From positions 7,534,451 through 7,598,450 of the forward strand of contig NC_134035.1 of the NCBI RefSeq assembly GCF_964204645.1: a stretch of 64,000 nt of DNA, written 5' to 3'. The DNA is from Tubulanus polymorphus (lineage: Eukaryota > Animalia > Nemertea). The translations under genes and the position numbers were made by a program. This document shows positions 14,501 through 28,731 of this stretch, piece after piece (within the stretch, counting starts at the first letter, position 1; every line of letters begins with the position of its first letter). The notes beneath the pieces were generated by a model. That model had not been told where the DNA came from, searched no databases, and saw nothing but the letters and a program-made list of their open reading frames with translations.

Positions 14501-17500
14501 ATTTTAACTTAGGTTCTATCTCATTCTTATTTTACAATTGCGATTGGTATAGTTTTTTTTAACGGCCGTTAAGGCTTCATGTTTCGTCTGCAATTCACTG
14601 CAAATAGTTACGCAACTACGCACATTTCAGTGTTTTTGGCAGCTGTACACTCAATCGGCACCGTTCATGACTAGCTTCACTTCGGAATTATCATTAATTA
14701 ACATCGCCATGTCACATCATCAACTTAAACTTGTGCCTTACAACCCTGACAGCCGAAATAATTGAAATGCACACACGATTTCTATCATTGAAAATTGAGA
14801 GAGTGGCCATGTTTGTGTTCTGCTGCTTCGCGTAAATACCGCGCGGTGGCGCAACCGCGCGGAGTGGGGGCACTTAGATACCTTATTTAAATATTGTGCG
14901 GCTAATGGTCTCACTGTAAACTCAGAGAAAACTAAAGTACTAGTATTTGCGCGAAGTAAATCCCGGATAAAAACGATTTCGAAATTTATGTTTGGTGATC
15001 AAGAGTTAGAGGTAGTTGAAGATTATGTTTATCTCGGAGTTAAATTTGATTGGAATGGTAACTTTGCTAAGGCAAAAAAGTATCTTTACGATAAAGCTAT
15101 GAGAGCAATGTTTTCGATCGTTCAAAAAGGCAGACGTTCGAAATTGCCCATAGATGTTATGTTTAAATTATTTGATACGTGTGTTGCTCCAATAGCCATG
15201 TATGGGTGTGAGATCTGGGGATACGAAAATCTTGATTTATTAGAAAATATTCACTGCTTCTTCTGTAAAATCTTATTGAAAGTGACTAAATATTCTCGCA
15301 ACTTAAAAGTTTTATCAGAGCTAGGACGTTATCCTTTGAATATAGATGTTAGACGCAGGATGATAAACTATTGGGTTAAAACAGTATCTGGAAAGCAAAC
15401 CAAACTTAATTCAATACTTTATAAAATATCTTTCAATTTTTTTTAAGGGATAAATTTAAGAGCCCTTGGTTATCATATATAAAGAAAACCTTTGATGACT
15501 GTGGTTTGTCCTGCATTTGGACGCAGCAATTCATGACTAACAGTAAATCTTTTTCAAAACGAATAAAACAGATACTCCGTGACCAGCACCTTCAAGAAAC
15601 CATATCTGCCATAAATACTAATCCGATATACACTAACTTTAGGCAATATAAAAATGATATTAGGTTAGAGAAGTATATAATAGAACTTGGTGATGACTTA
15701 GGAACTAGTCTATTTGAATTTAGGGTCGGGTCCTATGTTTTACCTGTGAACAAATTTTCAAACCTTCATTTAGACAGAGCCGATAGAATATGCCCCACTT
15801 GTAATACTTTAGGTGACGAATCCCATTTTCTGTTTGACTGTACCTTACTTAACGAACAACGCAAAAACTATTTGAATTTGAATACCTTTAATACCTTGAT
15901 ATTCTGAAAAACCAAACGGTCAAATTAGCTAAATTCATTAAGACCGGCTTAGATGTATATAGATCCCTCCAATAGTATATATAGTATTGTAAATAGTTGA
16001 TGTATATACATTTTGTTACGTTTTCATTCTCTAAATTTTGATCACTTCAGTGTTGTTTTGTTAATATTTGTATATACATGTGTAATAGTTTTCCTCCATA
16101 TACCATGGAAATGGTTGGAGTGTAAATAAAATCGTAATCGTAATCGTAATCGTAATCGGGCCGATACGTCTAGTTAGGAGAGTAAAAAGATTTCATGGAT
16201 TTAATTGTTCCTGTAGTACATCAACGGTATCCCCTTGAATGGGAAACAACTCTGTCCAATGATAATGAATATAATGAATCTAGCAATTTGTTTCATTTCA
16301 GGTTCAACCGATGGTTTGACTCTGTTGTTGAACGTCGAGCAATACCAATCAATGAGCGGAACGCACCCGAGCGCCGGCATCAAATTTCTTGTGCATTCTC
16401 CGGGAGATATTCCGCGAGTAACTGAACTAGGTTTGGCCGTCCCAGCCTCGATGAACGGCGTCGTTGGTCTAAAATACTCGTTAGTAAGTAAACATCCAAA
16501 ATGTATGGAAGCCCTGAAACGACATTACGAACTACGTTTTACGAATTACGTTTTACGAATTACGTCTTATGAGTTACGTTTTACGACTTACATTTTGGGC
16601 AACGATTTACCACTACATTTCAGTTCAATTTATCACAAGAGGTCAAGGTTGAGGTGCACTCTCCGTGTCGTGAATATTAAGCTTTGGGTAGCAGGCAGAA
16701 GGTAGCGCTGTAGTGTGATCGGTTGTAATTTTTTGCCGAATGCTTCACTAATAACGATGATGGATGACATTGCAGCCCAAACGCTTTGCTTTCAAATATG
16801 AATATATATTTTCATTTAAAAGCTAAGAATTGTTCTGATCATTTGTTACAATTGAAGAATTGTTTCTGCACCGATATGGAGTCCAAATCCTTTTTATCTC
16901 CATGAATCCCGAATAATTTCCAGTTTTGTATCGTCTTTATCATCGTCTATACTTTTAATCATTTGAAATTATCATAAGTCAATTTTTGACTTCCTTGGTC
17001 TCATTATTACTTGTAATTAAAATGCGTACGAAACTCCCTCAATTTCACGGATATATACATGTATATATTTCGAAATGCAAAATAAATTCAGTCAGATTCA
17101 TTCTTCGTCATGATTCGACTTCATTACAAAGCCCGTGTTTTTCCGAAAAACTTTTGAAGCAATAGCCAATAGGTCAATGGAAAACGTTCGTAAAACGTAA
17201 TTCGTAAAACGTAAGTCGTGAAACGTAATTCGTAAAACGTAAGTCGTAAAACGTAATTCGTAAAACTTAATTGTATAAGACCTTGACCTCGCGCGACATA
17301 CGAAATGTAGGGAGCTCATATGGTAAATCGTTAACCTAACTCGTAATTTGTAAAACGTAACTCGTAATTCGTAAAACGTAAAACGTAATTGGTAAAACGT
17401 AAAACGTAATTTTTAATGTCGTTTCATGGCTTCCATAAAAATGTCTTTAGTCTCTTGCATGCATTGATTGATAGTTTTAAAAAGCTTACAATGGCACTGA

Positions 17501-20500
17501 TTTGACTCATCATGTATATCCAAGTTCACTATATTTTATGCAGATTGATAACCTGCAGAAGCCATACGGCAGCTGTGTGGATGACTCGGAAAGCCAAAAC
17601 AACTGTATGATCCGGTTGAGCGTTTCGGAGGCAGCAGCTACTTGTAGATGTCGTCCTGGGTACGCTACGTGGTTGACCGAATGGCCCGTGTGTAATTTGA
17701 CAGCATCGAATAACTGTTTAGAACAAAAAATGGGAGGTATTTAAGAATTCGGTGTCACGCTGATTGTCATAGCACGTTTTGGTCTTTCAACCCAAACAGG
17801 CTCCATTTTGCCATCAGATTTTTTTCTGATTTTGAATCAAGAATCTGATAGAAATGGGTTATAATGTACCGGGAAAAGTTGCACGGTCGTGACTTGCGTC
17901 CAAAAGTGGTCCAAAAATCTTAAGATTAATCTTCATTTGTTTGATTGATATATTATAGGGCAATGGTCGTAGACTATGGTCTTGAATCTAAGTCATGACG
18001 ATGCAATTGGCCCAATGATCATAAGAGCAGGATTTTTTAGGAGCTCGTACATTTTGTCGTCCGACATAGAAACCTAAGTCATTTCATTGTATTGTTATTA
18101 ATCAATGTATTGTATCATGTTCTTAAATTTACATAAGTTATCCCATTTACTTATTTCGTCTCTAGTTACCGTTGGAACGGACCGATGTCCGCAGGATTGC
18201 TTCGTCGAAAGGTACGAGACGATGGTCACCTACTCGACGATGTCGCGGTATCAGGCTCGAAGGGACGCCATTATATACGAGCAAGACCAGGCGATTATCG
18301 GCAAGTTACGAAACGCAACCGACGTCTTGCATAGAATCGACGAACGACTGAGATACGACGACTACGCGGTGAGCGTCCAGTACAGCACCGCACTCAGTCG
18401 ACTCGTGCGACAAGGAACATTTCTTGAATGGCTTCCTAACAATTCCCTCGTGTCCAACGTCAGTGCGACGAGGCGATCGTTGACGGTAGCCTTCATCGCT
18501 GGTATTAGGTGTGTGAAGGGGATGCTTAAGAAGTTCAATAGGATATCAGAAGTAGATAAAATGGACGTAACGGTCATCGGTCCTTTGACGAAACTACTCG
18601 GTTTTATCGACGAGGCCTATTCGGTTAGTTTACTACGGGCGACGGAATGCCTGAAGAAAAACGGTAGTAACGGAGCTAAAAATGAATGTGCTGAGCCGTT
18701 TGAAATGAATTTCCTGGGGTTCATCAGATCTACGCGATTAGAAAACGACATCGCGAGGAATGTTTATTTGTCGAACGTGCATGCGGTACAAGCCAACATG
18801 TCGCTATTTTTCAAAGGTCCTATTGATAAAGGGGGCTACATAACCCTCAATCTGAACGGCTACAACGCTTCGTCCGTACATCTGACAGATCTACTGGACA
18901 ACGTTACACAAAGCGTAGCCAGATTACTCGATGACCCGACGAACACCGCAAAACTGTCGCGGGTATCGATGGTTATAGAAACCATGAAAACGTATGTCAG
19001 AACGCAAGTTCTACCATACGCGGGGTCGCTTACGTCCCAGATCGTTAATCTGCAGTCAAAATTGAGTGAAAGGTATACGGACTTAAATGATCAATACAAA
19101 TCACTTACCCCCCTCGCAAATGCGGCCATTAGAGCCCTAGCGAAGATTCAGAATCGTATCGGACGCATTCAGCGCATTATAACCGACGCCAAGTTCGTCA
19201 GACTTTCCGAGGACGTGAATAACATGTTCGACCACGGAGCGGTGAGGTCGATGTTGAAACTTCTAGAATTGAAGCCGATAATGGAAAGCGTGCATAGTGC
19301 GTTGTCGGCGAAAAAGATCTCGAGCTGGGCAAAAGAAATGGTGGATTTCAACGAACACCTGACAGATTTTACGAGCGAGGCGGCTCAGACAAAACAAAAC
19401 ACGGCATACCTCGAACCTTACTGCCCGGTGATCGCTCGGATTCACGATTCAATCGATAACATGAAAGGTTTGTTCGACCTTATCGACAGGAAATCTGGAG
19501 AATTGACGGAGCTCTCGTCTGATTACGACTCGTCCTACAGTCGTCTCATTTCAACACTCGAAACGTTCAACGCCAGTATGAAAATCGATGCAGATTTTAT
19601 CAAGTAAGAAAACGCTGGGTATGGAATAAAACTATAATGTTTTCAGATTCATATCTAAATATTACATTGCTTCAGACATTTTACATTTTTTTACATGTTA
19701 TCGAAATAGTACACTCCATTATTAAAACAGTATTTATCGCACGGTTGATGTGATGTGACGTTACGTTACTTCATAAGTTTTTCGCAGATTACTGTTTGGG
19801 CTATGCTCTAATGTAAGTCATTAACAACTTTGTAATATTGGCGTGGTCGCATCAAAAAAGTACAAAACCAATTGACGAGACTAGTGACCGGTGGCTTAAC
19901 CCACTCATTCATGTCCAGAAATTACACAGAACAGAAAGTCAGTAACTTCCGGAAGATAATTCTCCGGAATCATGCCGGAAATTTCCGGAGGATTTATTTC
20001 CGAAATAATTCTGGCCGAAGGTCAGATTTCCGGAGGATTATTCTCCGGCAGATTTCTGGCCGGGCTGAGGGGTGGGCAGAATTCCGGAGGATTTCTATCC
20101 GGGGTCATGCCGGAAAGTCCCGGAGGATTTATTTCCGGAATAATTCTGGCCGCCGGAGTGAGGGGTTGACAAAATTCTGGAGGATTTCTTTCCGGAGTCA
20201 TGCCGGAAATTTCCGGAGGAGTTTCGATAGTTATGGTTTAGATGTGTTAGGTTAGGGTTTAGGGGTTAGGGTTTCGATTGTAAGGATTTAGAGGGTTAGG
20301 GTTTGATACATTAAGGTTCAAGGGGTTAGGGTTTCGATGGTTTAGGGGTTAGGGTTTCGATGTGTTAGGGTTTAGGGTTGAGATGTCTCAATTTATAATG
20401 CGTAACTATTATTAACGATTAATGGATATTTCTTTTGATTCTACTTTTTCGTGTATTATAGACGCAATTTCGTCGTGTTAAACATATACTATACGACGAT

Positions 20501-21152
20501 GAGCTACGAAAAAATCCTTAAGTCGCGGGCGTATAATTTACTGGGGCTGATATGTAAGTAACGTTATATTTTCCTTTAGATTGAAACTTAAGATTCTTAA
20601 TCTTAAGATTCTTAATTCTTATCTTCTCCCCAATGCCAGTCGTTTAAGGTCCTTATTGGCTATGCTGTCCGTAATAGTAAATCTGTTTAGTCGCGAGAAG
20701 AATAATAAGAATAGCATTCAAATGTATGACCGATATCGAATAAAAGTTCAAAATTGAAAATTTTTCGAAACTAAAAGACACCTTTCAATAAGTGGTAAAT
20801 TCTTGGGCTGTTAATTACAACTTTGTGGCAAAGATTTCCTATTAGAAAATTGTCAACCTGATTAATTCAGAAATTTACCTCAAATTCCATTTAATCATCT
20901 GACAGCAACCCTGACCTCATTTCAGGTGATATAGGCGGTTCTGCAGGATTGTATTTAGGCGCGTCCCTTCTTACAATGTTAGAACTATTCTACTTCGTCG
21001 GAACTAAAGCCTCCATACAGGCAGAAGGTCACGGCAACCGAGTCGTCGAGATGTCCAGCGAAAATAAATGTTCTGTGAACTCTACCGAGGCGATCTGTGC
21101 AGACTGCCAGTCAAAGAAATTTATCCAACATACCGCAGATGGGAAATTCTAG
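11560..21152 (+). CDS. DEG/ENaC (ASIC/FaNaC-like) ion channel subunit, multi-exon, with a very large extracellular insertion; one expected exon not found
   Basis: Exons at about 11560-11669 (SNFHGLK, HG motif), 11877-12044 (TM1, FPAVTICNTN), 13107-13262, 16302-16483 (GLTLLLNVEQ, AGIKFLVH), 17544-17736 (KPYGSC, thumb Cys), 18166-19603 (CPQDC plus insertion), 20462-20553 (NFVVLNIYY) and 20926-21152 (CDIGGSAGLYLGASLLT, GAS filter). Confidence 0.85.
14872..16157 (+). mobile_element. 5'-truncated non-LTR retrotransposon (RTE-X-like), intronic
   Basis: Motifs YVYLGV, MYGCEIWG, ELGRYPL and the C-terminal zinc motif CPTCNTLGDESHFLFDC; AATAAA followed by an (AATCGT)n tail. Confidence 0.8.
16504..17437. 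mobile_element. Non-autonomous TIR DNA transposon (TATGG...CCATA termini, 6-bp TSD, IS3EU-like), with fold-back tandem repeats in the arms
   Basis: TIR TATGGAAGCC(C/A)TGAAACGACAT; TSD AAAATG at 16498-16503 and 17438-17443; internal TTACGTTTTACGAA repeats. Confidence 0.85.
19870..20392. repeat. Intronic repeat element made of CCGGAAATTTCCGGAGG units plus a degenerate (TTAGGG)n tract
   Basis: Tandem palindromic CCGG units at 19945-20220 and GGGTTAG repeats at 20245-20380. Confidence 0.7.
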
Positions 21153-23891
21153 CCCCCCCCCCAAAATAGATATCGATTAACGTTGAAGTTATATTTATTC
21201 GAAAATTTATCAGATAATCAATCGAATATCGTATTGAAGTTCTGTGAAGATTTTTTTCATTTTTCGCTGAATCTATCGATCCTCCTTTTACATCTATTCT
21301 CAGATGGTGGATTGAGACATTGATTGAACTCGAGCACTTTTTGTAGTGCTGTATATTGATTTTCAATTTTCAATCAGCATTTTCGAAAAAGTGCAGATTT
21401 TCGTAGCAAATCATTTGCTGACTGGACACTGGAATCCCACTTTGAAAATGAAATCGATGAAATCAATTTTGTCACGATGAAAATCATGGACCGATCTCTC
21501 CATAAAAAAATGATCACTTTCTTCGTATCATGTATCAATAGTCAAATCCATCCAATCAATTTGCACGAAATCGGAAAAAAAGTTAAGCTTCGCTCTTTTA
21601 CGGAGTCCGGAAACCTCTTTCTGATGACATCACACTGAAACATGATCGGAGTGACCCCAGTTATCTGTTCTGACATAACACATGTTTACTTCAGGAAGGT
21701 CCCGCTAGCAAGTCACAAGCCAGCGGCTACAGTAAGTCATAGAATAGGTGAGGTCTTTTCTTCTTTTTTTACACCCTCAATCCGCTAAGTGCCACACAGG
21801 GCATTATAGGCTGGTTCGATGTTTCTTTTTCCCAATGGGGCAGGGACCAGAGAAGAATCTTCGACCAAGAAACTCCGTCGCCACAAGGGTTTGAACCCAT
21901 AAACCCTAGATTGACGAGACAATAAAGAAGTTTCCAGTTTCTAGGCGCCATTTTGTGGCGGTCCCTCGAGGTCCCCATGATTGTTGCGGTAATTTGCGCA
22001 CATTTTTTAAACATACGTTTTTATTGAATATCGTATAGCTCTGCAGTACCTTGCTTGATTAACTTCATTAATACACCATTTTAAAGGAATTGGAATGCAG
22101 GTATTTGCCGGTGATTATTGGATTTTTTTAACGCAACAATTGGGAGCAGTGACGATGTGAAACCAAGGACCGCACATTTTAACCACGCTTCAAAAAAATG
22201 CGATTTTTATTAATTTTGAAATATCTTTGTGGTTATTAAAGCTATATTTCCCATTTTTACTGAGGTTAAAGAGCATAATTTGCAGTTTTGGCCTGCGTTG
22301 AAATTTCTTAAATGTCTTTCCTGACGATTGAACTGTAATCGATAGAGTTTGAGATATACAATAAAGTATTGAATAAAGTAATAATTAAGTATATTTGAAT
22401 AAGTATTGATAAAGTATATTTGACCTTGAATTGAGCCCACTAGGTGGTGGTATTGGAAGACACCAAGTGGTTTGGTCATCTTAATATGCTCCAGCGCCGC
22501 ATCTTCACCCGTCAAGGGATTCGAACCCACTACGCTAAAGCTGTTCTCCGGGCTGGTGGAAGCGAGTTCGGGAGTGATACCGACACCCCTGGCAAGCGAG
22601 AATGCAGCGCCGTGGCGCTGTCGCAAAAAAATGAAAAAAAAACATATACAATCAACAGAAACTAAAACTAAGAATATAAAATTAAATAATGATTCTAAAA
22701 TAAAAGATTACAATACATCAGAAAATATTAAAACTGATAATATTCAACGTGATATAATTGAAAGTAATAATAATACATCACATGAAAATACTAAATACTA
22801 GGTATAACTTTTGAGGCATCATAATAGGCGGAATATTATATTTTGTATTTTAATTTCTATTTAATGTAAATGGAATTCGAAGGTATAGCAGGTGTAGAAG
22901 ATTATGAAATGGATACTTACGAATAACCTGGTATAACTGATGAACAACCACCCGATTTTACTGACACAAGTTTTAGTAACGATAATGAAACAGCATATAA
23001 TTCTAATTTAGAAGGTCCTGATTCTAATAATCTAGTGGGATTTGATAGAATAAATAAATTGAGAATCAATCCTTAAAATGATATTCCAGATTTAGTAAAT
23101 GAATTAATTCATCATTTTAAACCTATATTTGAAAGATCTGGATATAATATAAATGATATAGGTGCGCAATATTTAGTACCAAAATTGAAATCTAGACTTT
23201 AAATATCCTAATCATTTGAAAGATGATTATTACATTAATATTAATATGTTAAAGTTAGACAGAGATGATAAAGTTATTGAAGAAATTGAATTTAAAAAAA
23301 AAGAAATGTAACTTTAGAAAAAGAAATTGATGATTTAAATTATATTTTTGAAGTGCAGAAAGAAGAAAAAATATATTACTAAAATCAGAAGCTAATAATT
23401 TGAAAGATTATAAGTTATTATTAAGGATTTATTGATAAAACCAAATTCTGAATTATCATTAAAAGATAGAATAAAATTATTATTCAAGTTAGAAGGTATC
23501 ACAATTCTTTCAATCTTAACAACTGTGACTATGGTATTTACAACAATTGGTTTAGCTATATCAAATTCATTTAAATCTACACCTACCCCTAATAAACCAG
23601 ATAAACTTCCAAATAATAATTCTATACAAGATAAAGTTAAAGATGGTTTAAAAAGATTAGCAAAATATTTATTGGAACTATCTAAAACATTAGCTGCTGC
23701 TCTACCTGGTGCTATAGCATCAATTGTTAGCATTGTTTTAAAATCTGCTGGTAATATTATTTGTTTTGCCGCTGAACATATAATATTATTCTAAATAATC
23801 GTTGTTATTATTTTTGTTATTATTATTATGCTATTATTTTTGGATTAGTGAATATGACAAAAAATAAATAAGTAATTTTTCTTCTTAATAA

Positions 23892-25084
23892 ATGGCGAGT
23901 GGAAGTTATATAAATCCCTCTAAGAATTCTAGAATATCGAATGCAATTAAAGCAGAACGTTGTCATCATATAATTACTCATAATCCTTCTAATATTAATC
24001 CAAATGAAACTTTATATGTTAGAATTCCTAGGTTAAATCAATATACTTTTTATGTGCCAAGTAGTATTTATTTATCGGCTGATATAGAAGTAACTGGTAA
24101 TGATAATTATTATTTTGTAGATAATGTTGGTAGATATTTAATCAAAAAAATAAACTACAAAGATTGGACCAGAAACAGTTTTAACATTAGATGATTATAA
24201 TTTATTCGCGCATTATAAAGATTTGTGGTTAACTAAAGAAAATAGAAATAATATGATATTTCAAGGCATCCACCAATCGGAAAATCAAACTAAATTAAGA
24301 TCAGGAGCTAATAACGCAGAAGTAACTAATGACGTAGATAATTTAATAAAAAAAGATTTACGGTAGTAAATATAAAATTCCATTACACTTTGAATTAATA
24401 GATAATAATACACCTTTGTATAAATATACAAGAAGTTGTTATATTTGAAATAACCTTTGCACCCGTAAATGAAATAGTATTGTGGAGTGTTTTTAAAGAT
24501 ATTGGCTATAAATTATCGAATTCATGTTTAAAGTATGATACAGTAACTGATGAAAATATTGCGAGTACAATTCTAACTCAATACAATCGAGGTTATTCAT
24601 TATTATATGATTATATTGACAAATTCAAAACTGTAACTAATTTTGCGGCTGATAAAATAATCAATGAAAATATTAACTTTCCTAGACGTTCAATGAAAGG
24701 TGTATTAATATTTTTTACTACAACATATTCTAATGGTGCAATGAAAGTTAAAAATAAAATATTTTGTCAGGGCATGCGAATGATTGATCAATGGGTTGAA
24801 ATTAAAAAACATTTTATGAATGAAAAAAATAAACTATCTGAAGATTGTAATATTAATCAAATTGATTATAATACTGGTAATAAATTTGCATGATGGTTAG
24901 ATTTTAGAACAACTGAAGATAACTTATTACATGGTTCTGGGAAGAAATTACGTAATACAAGAGATGGGATACAATTATTCATGAAAAAGAAAAAAGGAGG
25001 TCTCAACTATAAATGCATGTTTATGTTATATCGGATGCACAATTAAATACATCAAATTTTTAATTACATAGTATTCAATATTAA
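23892..25084 (+). pseudogene. Polinton major capsid protein pseudogene
   Basis: High similarity to 60550-61797 (ITHNPSNINP, NINFPRRS), broken by frameshifts. Confidence 0.9.
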
Positions 25085-25114
25085 GAATATAAAGTTAATA
25101 TTGATGATATATAA

Positions 25115-26220
25115 ATGGGGGATAAAAAATTTCAAAATACTAAAGAACAATATTTTAAGAAATGTATGTTATAACCCCGAGAGTTCGGTTGCTTATTCTT
25201 CTGCAAAAAAATATATGGAGTCAGGTTAAACAAGATAAATTGAATAAGATAATCCAACAAAATCTAGTTAAATATAAAGATATTGATGAATTTATGTTAG
25301 AACAACCAACATATACAACACATAAAAAAAATATAAAACCCGTAAAACTATGGTAAGTTACGTAGATCAACAAAGGCAGGGAGATTTAATTGATATGATA
25401 AATCTTAAAAAAAGATAATAATGATTATTGGTGGATATTAAAAATAATTGATATTTTTAGTCGTTATGTGTGGAGCTTCCCGCTCTACAGAAAAGATGCT
25501 GCACAAACTTCTTTCAGGTGGTAAACTAAAGCCAGAAAAAATACAATTTGATGATGGAAAGGAATTTGATAACTCATTTGTTCATGTACTCTTAGATTAT
25601 CATAATATTAGAAATTTTTCAACAAAATCAGATAAGAAAGCAGCATTTGTTGAACGATTTAATAGAACATTAAGAACAAGAATGTCAAAATATTTCACAG
25701 CAAATAATACTTATGAATGGATTGATGTCATACCAAAATTAATAGAAGGCTTTAATAATCCTTACCATTCATCAATTGGAATGAAACCTATTGAACTAGA
25801 AAACCTGAAAATGCTGAAATTGTTTGGAATTACGGGGCATTTCTTGTAGATGATTTTGATGAGCCTCAATTGGTGAGCCTAAATATAAGGTTGGTCAAAA
25901 TGTTAGAATTTCTAAGTATAAAAAAATACTTGATAAAGGATACGATCGTAACATTACAAGAGAAATATATAACATAAAAAAATAATAACAACATTACCAT
26001 ATGTCTAAAATTAGAAGATTTGGAAGGCGAAGAAGTTGATGGGTATTTTCATGAAGAAGAATTAAGTTTAACTACTAACAATCTAGAACAAGAATATAAA
26101 ATTGGAAATTATTGAAAACAAAAAATGTTAAAAAGAAAAAAATATTCTTTAGTAAAATGGGTTGGGTGGCCGGATAAATTTAATGAATGGATACTATCAA
26201 GTAAAATTAAAAATATATAA
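25115..26220 (+). pseudogene. Polinton integrase pseudogene
   Basis: Similar to 61828-62955 (QFDDGKEF, VERFNRTL), with frameshifts. Confidence 0.9.
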
Positions 26221-26829
26221 ATGAATAAAGAATTATTCATATTTGAACCTCATAATATGTTATTTTCTGGTGTCACGAATTGTGGAAAAATATGTTTTAT
26301 AATAAATTTATTTGAAACTTTTTATAAAAACTATTTTGATAATATAGTATTATTCTGTCCAACGTATGAATTCAATCGAACTTATGATAGAACTATTACT
26401 AGAAATAATGAATTTATTGTATTAGATCCTAATACAGTGAAAGAAAATTTAGATGATTGAATTAAAATAGCAATTGATATTTATAATGGAACAAATACAT
26501 TATTTATTATAGATGATTGTGCAAATTTACATGATTCAAAAGTTAGAGAAAGTGAGTTATGTTACCTAGCTTTCTCTGCTAGACATTTTAGAATTTCAAC
26601 GTCGGTTCTAAATCAAAAATATAATTCAATTGTAAAAGATTTTAGAGAGAATATAAGATTTTTGGTTTTATTCTATAATAAAGATAGAAAATCAATGAAA
26701 AATGCACTTGAGGAAATTGATATTATTCCACATGATTTACATAATGAATATATGGATAAATTGAAAGATAATAAACAATCAAAATTATTATTTCGATTAC
26801 AGCACCCATTTAAATATGAATTTATTTAA
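26221..26829 (+). pseudogene. Polinton packaging ATPase pseudogene
   Basis: Similar to 62956-63564, with an in-frame TGA at 26458-26460. Confidence 0.9.
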
Positions 26830-27036
26830 ACTCAACTAGCTTGTTAATCTATTATATTTTTAGTTACATTCTAGTTATCTTTTAGTTGTTGGTATTTGAA
26901 ACAAAAATCAAATAAAATTCAACAAGAAATAAATCAAAATTATAATAATTCAACTAGCTTGTTAATGTAGTATATTTTTAGTTACATTCTAGTTAAATTC
27001 TAGTTACAACAACACAACTAATTTTTTGTTATAAAA

Positions 27037-27920
27037 ATGGGTGGAGAAAAGAAAATAGAATCTAAAAATTGTGATGTTCCAATTGAAAAAACTTGATGAT
27101 TTAGGTATAACAGAAACAAAATTAACTCCAGCTAATGGTGCTTTAAATGATGTTACAACAAAAATTAATTATGAATATTATCTTTATTGCAAACATCAAT
27201 TAGAAATATTAATTGCATCTGGAGAATGTAAAACTTTTATTGGTCTTACTTATAATGAATTAGATACAATGAAATCAGATCAAATTATTAAATTGTTTAA
27301 GATTTATGAAACTGCAGGAATAGCTAGAATTAATGACGCGATATCAGAAAATGTAATAACATGTTATTCTAAGTTATGTAATTATGTGCTACCAATTGAA
27401 GATGAAAATAAATAATACTCCGATTTAAAAAATGATTCTTTAGTTATGACTGGATTAAATAAATGGATTGAATATCTATCATTACAATTAGGTGGATTTA
27501 TGACATTATTATCAACTGGAGTTATAACATTTTCATACATTGATAATAAAAGTTTTTCTATAATGAATGAGCGAGGTGGAAGAAGTGAAAGAATTAACTG
27601 TGAAGAAAAAACCTGGATCACAGAAACAAATTGAATGGTCTCGGCAGTTAGGAATCAAACCAAAAGAATTTAAAAATGCCAAAAAAGAAAAAATGAAATT
27701 TTTGATAATAAAGATGGAAATGATGTTATTTCTATTCCCTCTAAATCATTCAATAAATATTTTTATTAATCAAACGGTCTTGTAATTGTTATCATTTTGA
27801 TAGAATGTAGTTGCTATAAAAAATCTAATAAAAATTATGATGTTAATAATTCTGAAACTTATTCTGTTGAAAATGAAAAAACTTCTGAAATTCCAAAATT
27901 CACCATAAAAATGGATTAAT
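27037..27920 (+). pseudogene. Two decayed Polinton accessory genes (about 27037-27565 and 27567-27920)
   Basis: The first matches the ORF starting at 63870. The second begins MSEVEEVKELTVKKKPGSQKQIEWSRQLG. Both are frameshifted. Confidence 0.6.
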
Positions 27921-28232
27921 AACTTTCAAATTAACCAAAAAATCATTTTATTTATCTAAAAATATTTCTTTTTTTAATTAATTAAATATCTCACTACTTT
28001 TGTCTATCTATTAGGAGCAATTTAATTTTCCAGATAAGTCATTTCGGATTCTTGATATTTAATTAATTTCATTATTTTATTATTTTTATTATTACATTTT
28101 CTTTTTGCTTATTTTATTTTTTTATTATTTAATTTTTTCATTATTTTATGTTTTTATAATTATATTCTTTTACAATTTTATGTTTTTACTATTTTATGTT
28201 TTTTTTTCATTTTATTTGTTTAATTATTTTAT

Positions 28233-28551
28233 TTATTCAACAATTTCTAACTCATGATGACCGTGTTCATCTTTTCCGTGATAGAATATTTTAAAACGTT
28301 CTAAATCTTTTAATTCCTCTTTACTTAATGAAACCGATTCATCACAAAAAATCCTTTAAATTCTCGTGTTGTACTAACATTACAGTAACTCAAATTTGCT
28401 GATATTTTTTCTCCATATTCAGTTTTTATCTTTTCTAGTTTTGATATTTTATGTTCGATTTCTTTTGTAACATCGACTAACTTTTTTACTTCAAATTGTT
28501 TTTTGCTGGTTTTATTTTATTATTTATTGATGTTACTTTTCTCTCTCCCAT
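28233..28551 (-). pseudogene. Small terminal Polinton gene (possible OB-fold/ssDNA-binding protein), frameshifted
   Basis: TAAATG start 85 nt inside the right terminus; translation includes KISKLEKIKTEYGEKISANL...FKIFYHGK. The fold assignment is a guess. Confidence 0.45.
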
Positions 28552-28731
28552 TTATCAGGGGAAAAAATTAAAAGTGGTGTTGAGTGATATTCTGACCTCT
28601 CGACCTCTGGTATGAAAACCCACTTTTCCAATAACTGATATTCATATAAATGATATTCATATAAATGATATTCATATGAAATTCATATATATGAAATTAA
28701 AAATATGAAAAAATAATTCTAATTTCTAATC

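Larger units (their letters stand above)
22625..28636 (+). mobile_element. Decayed right half of a Polinton of the same family as the 48671 element
   Basis: Collinear with 58615-64000 (462-aa gene tail, 539-aa gene, MCP, integrase, ATPase, CTAG repeats, next ORF), with many stops and frameshifts. It ends in ...CCAATAACT at 28636, the inverted counterpart of the 48671 terminus. Confidence 0.92.

Noticed and set aside
20245-20380. Telomere or telomere-fusion site
   Set aside because: The TTAGGG units are degenerate and sit within an intronic repeat element; a similar tract lies at about 45270-45370.
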